A stretch of 52,983 nt of DNA, the filler included, from Sphacelaria rigidula (lineage: Eukaryota), in the NCBI GenBank assembly GCA_964200075.2. It is 4 parts of 4 records of this genome, joined end to end, with 100 filler letters (N's around TTAATTAATTAA, not from the genome) between each part and the next. Parts side by side here need not be neighbours in the genome. Positions count along the whole stretch, not along the records: positions 13,273 to 26,443 come from CAXNAA020003097.1; 3 more parts are not named here. One strand, written 5' to 3'. Positions 13,273-23,300 of this stretch are shown piece by piece. The translations under genes and the position numbers were made by a program. Position 1 is the stretch's first letter. The number at the start of each line of letters is the position of its first letter. The notes under the pieces were generated by a model that worked only from the letters and a program-made list of their open reading frames with translations, did not search any database and was not told where the DNA came from.

Positions 13273-14250
13273 GTTGCTTTATTTTCTGGTATTGCCACTT
13301 CCAGAGACAGCCATGGCTTATCCACTGCCTCATGGGTGCGTCACCGGCCCCCCCGGGGGGGGCGTACTCATTTGTCGCTTACCTCAGTCATTGCAACATT
13401 GAGCAGCATCCCTTTCGCGACGGAGCACTGTTCCTACTCCTAATACAGGGACCTTCAACATGTGGGCGCTCATTACGTATTTTTTTCATACATCATACAA
13501 GAACCTTTACATATCTTATCCCCGTCCTGTTTTGCCGCCTGTGGCCGCCATCTATTTCCTAGTATAGCGATCGTTTTCTCTACTATCTGAAGCACCAAGC
13601 CATTTCATGTCACATTCGTTTAGTTCCCACATTCACCCCTCTAACGCGTCCCGTCCCCCCTTGTATCTTTTATAGTTTACATTATTCGGGGGGAAGGAAG
13701 GGTTGGAGCAGCGGCGAGGACAAAAGGTAACGGGGGTGCAAAATGGAAAGCATACGCTGTCGTTGTTGAATGGCGTATACACATAAAAATCATCCACGTC
13801 TACTCGTCGCTTGACACTACACTCAACATTTATTGAAAGGATGGACGAAGGGGCTCAACCAACAGGTGGACTTCAAACAGCAGAATGCTCAAGTACTAAC
13901 GTGAATAGATAAAATGATTGATGGGTCATTGCACACTGTTATGGTTTCTGAGGAATCCAGCCCCTGGCACTATATACATTTGTATGTTACGGTAACAGAG
14001 AGAGGCGACGCGCGCGGTTGTCAGCCGTGTTGTCGGTTCCCTTTGGTTTTTCACCCTCCGATCCCATTGCACCACAGTAACGAAAGAACGTTTGAATCAC
14101 TCGCCCATTTATTTTGATTTCCCTCCGATTGCACGGCGCCCAAAAGATAGCATGAAGCCCATCTCCGGTCTACAAGCGTACAGGAGCGCGGAAATAAGAG
14201 CACATTTCGCCCACTCGCGCTCTGCGGTGGTGCCCATGCTGTGCACTCAC

Positions 14251-14335
14251 CTCCAAGACCTTCACAATATCTCCCCTCGCAGTCACACCTATATCCATGG
14301 AGAACGGGTCTGCCTCATCACGGATCTTGAGCAGT
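14251..14335 (-). CDS. SH3b-repeat gene exon M
   Basis: accag|LLKIRDEADPFSMDIGVTARGDIVKVLE|gtgagt. Confidence 0.85.
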
Positions 14336-17300
14336 CTGGTCACGCATACCCGCCGACGGTCGAACGCAGAGGCGCCACGAAACATAACATCACGGTCGGC
14401 ACGAGGTACAGACTCGTCATGTTCGCGGAGAGAAGGGCAAAACAATCGTCACTTACGGTTTTCAACCTCGCGGGCATTAATCCTGTCGCCTGCATACTTC
14501 TGCCGCTTCTCGCGTTGGGAAATGAAATGAGAGAGAGATTCGCTAAGATATATCACATCAGTCCGTACAACGTAGGCAGCGCCAATCACAGCAAAATTAC
14601 TCTCTCGAGATCGTTTTATGCATTGTATTAACAGCACATTACCCGATCCCTGATGAATCAAGCCGTGGCCACAAGGTAGAGCTACATGAGGCAATTGTAA
14701 ATAATAACGGATTCACTCGCTAGAAGAAACAAGTCTCTCAAGAACCCCAGAGGCAGTCCTTTTTTCTCAGAGCGTTTTTCAGTTTCGTTTTTGTTGGGTA
14801 CGTCTATCATGAGACCACGGCTGGATCATGACTACCTGGGGGGTCAGTTAAAGTGCGGCAATCAATCAATCAATCAATCAGTGAACCCTACACGAAACAA
14901 AATCCTCAACACACTGGAGAGGTCCAAAGTCTCCCAGCTCACCCAAGCGATGTCATATATTCCGCCGTATCCCCAGCCATCTCCGCCCCACTTCCCACCA
15001 CCGCCTTACCCCCGCCCACGGCAGCCGCGGGCGGCATTCCACCCAAGCCCCCATTTGCTTTGTTCCCGTTTGCAAGCGGCACACCATCACCGCCGGAGGC
15101 GTTTGTGTCAGGCCCCCTAGCACCCACCCCCCCTGCCGCAGGACCACCGCCGGCCGCAGCCCCGGGTTTAGCTCCCGTCAGCGGTCGGTCGTCGTCGGCT
15201 CCACTCTCAGGCGGCGCGGTGGCGGCGGCGGCGGCGGCCGCTGCAAGATTTTGTTCTTGAGTGTTGAACGTGGCGGCAGGATCGGTGGTGGGATCGGCGG
15301 GTAGCAGAATGCTTCCTCGCTTGTTGGCGGTGAGGATCCAGCCGTCTTCTCGGCCGCGGTACGCTACTCGGACCCATTTGTCGTTGGTCTTGTATCAGGC
15401 GGACACCGGGAGCAAAGGTGGTAGAGACAGGTAGAGACAGAGAGAGACGGACGGGGGCCGAGGAGCAGGAGCGGCGAAAAAAATCACCATTGACTTCTTA
15501 TGGGTCAACGTGGTGGTTCATGAATTTCTAGGAGAGACAGCCGAGGTTCATGATTTACTTCTCGTGCGGGAAATACGACACACACCTGACACTGAAACTT
15601 GAAACGAGCCGCCATGTTTGCTTCAGACAACACCTGGAGAGGTTATAAAAGTTCGCCTGAATACCCTTAGCAGGTCGGAAAATGAAGATCATTGATGCTC
15701 TTCAGTGTGTACTTTACTTTTCAATGTTACCTTGGCGTGTGCCGGAAGGGCGCAGCAGCTGCAGGGAAAAGTACGGTTGGAAATAAAACCTCCAGAGCGT
15801 ATTGCCACCCTCCTCACTTCGTACCGTTAGGGTAAGGGTAAGGGTTAGGGTTAGGGTCAGGGTAACAGGTCAACGCCAGCAACGACTTGCCGGTCTAAAT
15901 TACCTACATCGCAATACCTCCTCCCCTCGCTCCTCTCTAGATTCTCCACAGTAGAGTCAACTGTTGTTCGTCGTTTCTGCTGCTGTGTTCCATGTGCTCA
16001 CCTCCAAGACCTTGACAAGGTGTCCCTTTTCCATGACTCCCACTTCCATCGCGAACGGATCCGCCTCCTCTCGAATCTTCAGCACCCTGAACGCGCGTGC
16101 ATGGGGGTACACATTAGCAGCAAGACCAACTGTTGCAGAACAAGATCGAAATCAACTTTTTGAAAATATTGAACGCCGTTTTTTTCTGACTCAAAACACT
16201 CGTATGGCGCAAAAGTGGAATTGCACACATGAAGTTGGCGTGATCTAAGTGTTCAAGGAGTGTTGCGCATGAAAACCAGTTATCACGTGACTTGTTCGAC
16301 GTTGTGTAGACTGCACTTTGTTCACATCCCATTTCTGTACGAAACGGAACACAGCAGATCAAACCATGTTCGAAGCGTTCAAACGCACCGCGGTACAGCG
16401 ACAACTGCAGCATAGGAATGATGAGTATGGGCACGAACCGCGTTATTTATTGTACAGAAGATACAACAGCCGAGACATCATTACGCTTTCAACCGTCAGC
16501 GTGCAGAGAGCACCGCGTGCGGACTATACGCTTTGCGCCGACAGGGACACAACAACAGTTCGAGTACAGCACTCCAGGCAATCCCCAGCGCAGATCAAAT
16601 CATCTTCGCAGGCTTCATACGCACCCCACTATGGTGTCAGCTACAGCACAGGAATGATGAGTTTCGGTACGAAGCACCCTGTTCGTTGCGAAAGAAGACG
16701 CAGCATCCAACAAATACATAATGGCATTTTCAACTCTGACAAGACACCGTGTAACATGACATTTTGTCATGTTTGAGTTCTTAGCCTAATCTTGAAAGGG
16801 TTTTCGATTTTCACCGGGCGTTCAAAACGTTCGATTATTTGAAACGCTCGGCCGAAATTGAGGGCCTGGTCAATATTTGGGGGGTCACTTTTGTTCAAAA
16901 CCATTACAATTTTGTTCCGAAAAAGTGTTTCCTTTTTTTCACTAGCCGTTCGAAGAAAAAAAAAATGTATGACTCCACTAAGAGTTGGTCTAAAACATGA
17001 CATGCCCATATTCTCACATGAACTCTCATAGATTCAGGATACAAATGGAAACGAATGGACGTCCATGTCTGACAGACCCGGGTGGTGAGTGGGCTGACGA
17101 CTCATTTGATTGCTAGCCCCGACCTGCCTCCTGAGAGCGCAGTACTGCAGCAGTACTTGGGCAACAGTGTTTACAGCAACGCGTGATGCTACCGCACAGC
17201 ACACGTACATACACACGACACCGGACTGTGTGCCATCGTCAAATCAGTCATTGCAAGCACAACAACACCCGCACAACTCCTCGGAGAAACATATGTCACA

Positions 17301-20300
17301 CACAACCTTCAGTCAGATACACCCCATAAGTATACACCCCACCTGAAAAGCAATCTACCATCATACGTCACCAAAAAAAAACACTCTTCCCCACTCCACT
17401 ACTCTACGGCGAAGCGCTCTCTTTCCGCAAACACCAACTAGCCGTATACAACGCCAGCATTTCCGTACCCTGCAGACGTCATGAACTGCCCTGCAGAAAT
17501 CCCACCCGTGCCCTGTCCCCCGCCCCCCGCCATGATCCCACCCGCAGCTGCACCCCCGCCCGGCACATCGGCCGCAGGCTGAGAAGCACCCCTAGAAGCT
17601 TCCAGAGAGCGATTCTTGCCGACAGCTCCTTTCTTGTCAGCGGAGTTTTCATCTTCATCGTCAGCCGCTTGCTTTGCCTTCAGGGCTGCCGCCGCAGCGG
17701 CCGCGGCGGCTGTTTCTTGAGCCTGAAATTCCTGCGCAGCAGCGCTAGGAGAGGCCTCGACGGGTGACAGGATGGGTCCCCGTTTGTTGGCGGTGAGAAC
17801 CCAGCCTTTGTCGTTGCCGCGGTACTGCACTCGGACCCACAGTTCCGATGTCTTCCGTTCAATGAGAGCAAGGCGGAATAACGGGACGATGAGAATCCAG
17901 GAAGCCGGAGGCGCGTTTCGAACAGCGATCCCCGAGTCATTGCCAGGACGTTCCCGAGGAAACGATCCCGTGATGGTTCCAACGACACGCCGAACACGGT
18001 GATCGGCGGTGGGAGGTATCGGCACCGATACAGGGCGGAAGGGCGGCAAGGGGTAAAGGAGTACGTTACTAATACCAATGCCCTTGATGTGTACGTCAAC
18101 GTGTCTGGTCATGGCCGTACGCGACGTTCCTATTCACGTGCCGGTTGTGAACTTGAATTCTACAAGCGATCAAACGATTGTGCTCCGTAGTTCGGCACGG
18201 CAAATTGATACCATGTGCTTCCGTGTTCCCAAATGCTGCAGCGACGCATTGTGGCACGGCTTCATTTTTGTCGAAAGCACGTCCTTTGTCGTTGAGAGCT
18301 GCCGCGCATGTTGGTCCCGTCATTCACAGGGGAAAACGGAGACGCAAAAGGAGGAAAAAAAAAAGCGTTTTCAGCAATGCCTCACCTCCACGACCTTCAC
18401 CACCTCTCCCGCCATAACCGTGCCGAGCTCGATAGAAAAAGAGTCCGCCTCTTCTCTTAATTTCAAATTGCCGGCCGCCCGCATGTACCCGCCGACAACG
18501 CCTTCCGTTTGTCTTGTTGCTGCTGCCGCGGCGGTGGCAGCAGCTGCGGCGGGGGGCGGGGTGGGCGCCGGAGCCGCCTGAGGCGGCGGTTTCGCTGATT
18601 CCTGAAGTGCCGCTTCCTGCCAATCACGAACGGGAGGGGAAAAGGCGACAGTGAGCGCTTCAGCGAATGATTACGACACGACAGAGTATATCACTCTGAA
18701 ATATTCGTGGGGTGCAGGACACTCACGATAGTCGATACACAGGTGCGGGACAACTGATACGCACGATTTTGACAACGTGGGCTAACATTACGATCGGAGC
18801 TATCAATACTATGTGGTTGTAACCTGAAAAAAAGGAATGCACACACTGTGCACAATACGCCATGGCTTTCTCAAGGTGCAGGTATCACGAGGATGACATT
18901 GGAGTGCTAGTATGCGCCATGCAACGTCGACGCCCATGGCCGAAACAGCTTTGACAAGCGGACAGCAGGTGCCACCAAGAGTTCGAAATTCGGGACCTAG
19001 AGCTCACGTGCCGTGTAGACACAAATCGCTTCAGCTCCATCTTCCTAGCTCGCAACCTCCCGCCACTAGCACACCCAACAAACGCGCCGCAAACACGAGA
19101 ATAGCACGTCCCAAAACACCAAGCACCACCAGCACGACACAATACATCTCACATACTTCCACAGCCCATCCCCCGAGAACAACCGTCCTCTCCATTCAAG
19201 ACAAATCTGGGTCAACTGTTCGGAACTCCCACACCAGGGTTTCGGTTGGCAAAATTTTCTCCCACGAGGGGGAGAGAGGGGCATATCACTCTGTCGCATT
19301 TTCTCGCATATTCTTGGACAAACTCTGCTGTCACTTCACCAACCCCTCCCCCACTGAACTCATGATTCGAACCACGACCCCGTTTCGTTCCACTTTTGTC
19401 GTACTGTACCGAACCCTCATCCCCTGGAGGGGTGTTATATACCGTCAGGCGCACGACAACACACAACAACGCCGTGAAATCACCTGCTTCTCAAACGCGA
19501 CCTGAGCAGCCAGGGCATCTGACGCTTCTTGCATCATTGCCCCCCTCTTTGTCGTCGCCGCCAATAGCCACCCCTCGACCATACCCCCCTTTCCCCCCGT
19601 GCTGTCTCCCGCCGTCATAGCTAGCTGCCCCTTCACCCATGTGTCCTTGGTCTGCTTCGCCTCATTTACATCCTGCAGTCGGGAACGGAACAAATATGGC
19701 GGTGTGCGCGTACGGGTGGGTTTGTGGTCTGCGATGTTGTGATGGGGGGGGGGAAAGATGGAAAACAGTTGCGGAAAAGTTGCGCGTGCTCAGTGCAGCT
19801 TATGACCTGAAACATAATCATATACTTGGCATAACACTTGAGTCGGCGGTGTGCCGACGAGAAGAGTCCATTTACTTTGAAGGAAGCACGGTTGCGTAAC
19901 CTGCGTCTGCAGCGGGTCCCAGAGGTTTGTGAGCTTGAGACTGTTTTTGATGGACGTTCGCGTTAAGGTTTGTCGTACGTCTTGCTGCAGCACGATGGTC
20001 AGGACGATCAACGGGGGAGAGAAATAATCTAGTGGAGAATGGTCATTCAAATCTGCAGAATTTCCTCTGGACTCCAGACCACAGAAAAACAAAACAACTA
20101 CACGAATATACGTTACCGAAGTGATCAAAGGCGTGGTCGGTCTACCAACTGTCATCGATTACACACACGCCCTGACAAACAAACGAAAAAACGCAACTCC
20201 CCAATTCCTGGTATATATCGTGTGGTGTCACCTCCTTCTGCTCGAGCACCCGAACCACACTCCCCTCCGGAGCCACGCCTATATCCTGTGCGTAGAATTC

Positions 20301-23300
20301 TGGATCAGCGCGGACGGTGACTCGTCGAGCGCAAATCATGTACCTGGCCACCACAGGGATATAAGATTCACAAGAAATAATGCAATGTGTCATACTCGCG
20401 TAGTGAAACGCGTATCATACATGGTAAACCTGGAAACAACAACAACAACAGCAATAGCAACAGCAACAGCAACAGAAGCAGCGGCTGCAAAGATAACAGC
20501 GATTTCGCACTAACCTGTAAGCGTCTCGTGTAGACGCTGCCTTCTTGACAGATGGGGTAGCCTTTTTCTGAGCGGGCTTGCCACCATCTCCCACCCTTCC
20601 AGCAGCAGCAGTGGCGGCAGCAACCGATGTGACAGGGACGAGGAGCTTCATCATGGTGGGGGTCTCAGACAGCATCCACGCCTCCTAATCGACACAGCAC
20701 ACAGCACACAGAAAGACAAACAGACGCAAGACAAGACGGGCCGAGAAGGGGGTCTCAGGCTCTCTTGGTTGGCGCTTCATGCATCACTCTTCTGACATGT
20801 AGTGTACTAACAAAACGAGGGGAACCAAAACAACAACAGCCAAATCGACGAAACACAAACACGCACACAGCACCTCAGCACACTCAGCACGCTCGGCGGG
20901 ACACGAAAAGACGATGGGCGGCTCACCTAGTGTATATATTAAAATAGATGGGTAGGAGCTGGGCCAGCCTAAAAACGGATTTAAGCTCTCCAAGCGATAT
21001 CTCAACGACACAAACGAATTGGGCCGTGATCCGCATATCGTATTAATCGTCTAATCAAGGGGAAGGTGCCCATCTGCTCAAAAATCTGGGCCAATTTTTT
21101 CTCGTCGAGTGAACCCCATGTATAGTAATTCCTATACCTAGCGAAGACAGCGTCCACACTAAAATCTATATGAAATACCGAACGCTCGATCAAGCGGATG
21201 ATGACGATTTTTGGTGTGGACCTTCCCCGGAGCACGGGGAGACGATAGATACCCTCACTTTCACCTAATTCGTTATCTATCTCGAGAAATGGCGCACAAA
21301 AGGTTCTATACTAAAATCAGTATATTACGAGCAGAGGCACTACATGATCTAAATCTGGATATCGCGTCTCAGTTTTTGAGAGTTGTGTTATGAAATTTGG
21401 TATGGAGAACCGCTTGTGCATAATGAAATAAAAAATACAGCTTATTCGAGGGGGTTTTTCGTTTTTTCTCATCTTTTTTCGTGTTTTTAGTGGGTTTTGA
21501 GCAGGAATGAACATTGCTCTTGGGCCTTATCTCAATTTTTCAGCTCAATTTTGAGAATTGTGATTTGAAACTTGGCATGGAAAACGACAGAGATATGCTG
21601 AGTAAAAAAAAAAATGGGCCTTCATTTTTTTTTTTTATGAGGGGTTCGGGCGTTCTCGTGAAAAAATCGTCGTTACTAAACTAAACCGCCCTCAATGAAA
21701 AAAAAAAACTCACCCATTTTTCTTGGTTCATCACGACCTAGCAAGGTCCCGCATAAAGTTTCAACCCACAAACACCAAACGTGGGCGGATAAACGGCCTG
21801 CAAAATAATGTTCCGAATTTCCGCAGCCTCGGTTTTTCAAACGTAAATTCGCAATTTTTTTCTTGGAGTTGGAAAGTAAAATTTGGTATGGACAATCAAC
21901 AGGGCATGAAAAAAAGCTGTCTGTGAGGTCCTGGCGAATTTTTTTTTCGTGAATTAAAGGCAAAAATCAGTTTTGAGGTTTTAGTAAAATGCCCTTAACT
22001 CACGAATTTAAAAACAATCGTTGGGACCTCACAGACAGCTTTTCTTCATGCCCTGTTGATTGTCCATACCAAATTTTACTTTCCAACTCCAATAAAAAAA
22101 TTGCGAATTCGCCTGCAAAGCACAAATCCGCTTGTAGGCTGGCCCAGCCTGTAGGCCAATTTTGGTGACAACAAGCTGCAACAACTTGAACATGACTCTA
22201 CATTATTTGATCGAGAATCGCACATTAATTGATACCCCAGGGATCCAGCTGTGGCCACATTATGGACATTCCCGACACAAAACAAGACGGAATAACTCGC
22301 TGAAGAAAAGTGAAAAAAGCAGAGAGGTATGACAGACATGAAGAGTAGACTGAGAAAAAAAGAAGACAAAACCCCCTAGAAATGGCCTGCCTCTGCAACA
22401 TGCGAGACACTGTATTTAAAAGTTGAAGGTACAAAAAATGCACAGGGTCTGTCTCATTCCGCATTATTCTGTTTGTCGTACAGCTACCTACCAGGTACCC
22501 CAATGTTCCACTGCATGCACCCACATCCATTGCCTCGCATGACATATGCCATGCTATTTTAGTATCGACAACGTGTCGGCCAGATCATGGCTGGGTTACG
22601 TACGGAACCTGATCTCGCTTTCCGTTTACTGTGGATATGATAGTCGTTGGAGAGAAATACGGTACTTTGATTGTTTTGTTACACCCACTGGAACGGAAAT
22701 ACTGCCGAGATCGACAGGATAGCCAAGATCCATTTCTCACGACGTGACACTCGGAGGCGCGGCGGCCATAGCTTCTCTCTTCCAAAAAACGGTGCTGAAG
22801 GAGTACATCACCATCGGCGCCATCCTCCATTCGTTACAGACAGTATCCACCACCACCACAAGCACGTTTGCAAGGTCTTCGAGATTTCCATCAGCCACAC
22901 CACCACGTTGACTCCCGAATCCCCAAACTCGCCTTGTAGCCCTGGTAAAGCACACGCAACCACGGGCCCCACGCGGCCACGCAGTTCACAAGTCCTCGAC
23001 TGCCAATCTCCCCCAAAGATTCTCCACTGGCCTCAGGACATGCTCTGACGGCTAGCTTGACGGCATCTCCGTGTTGTGCAATGAGCTGGGAGACGTGAGC
23101 GTACAGGAAGAGCGTTGCTGCAGGCAGAAATTTTTGCACCCTCAGTTGACATACATACAAACTTTCAAAATACTTCATATTTTGTTCACAGAGCATTACA
23201 GCAATATGGTTTCACGTTATCCCCATGTCGTCCGAGCGTCCATGAGCAATAAAAAACAAGAAGCAGATTCTTGTTGTAAAATTGTACATTGAAAACAAAA

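Noticed and set aside
13383-13433. Exon-like minus-strand segment (EQCSVAKGMLLNVAMTE|gtaagc) as the next SH3b-gene exon
   Set aside because: It does not supply the expected W.RV...GW half of the repeat; the next exon probably lies beyond the contig
14092-14631. 179-aa plus-strand ORF (likewise 18912-19505, 43061-43753, 51823-52398)
   Set aside because: Antisense to real exons or within introns or repeat debris, with no protein-family signal
16405-16740. Two ATGATGAG...CGAA motifs suggesting hammerhead ribozymes or a C/D-box snoRNA
   Set aside because: They lack the CUGAUGA/GAAA hammerhead core and flanking stems, and lie antisense to the host intron, which argues against an intronic snoRNA
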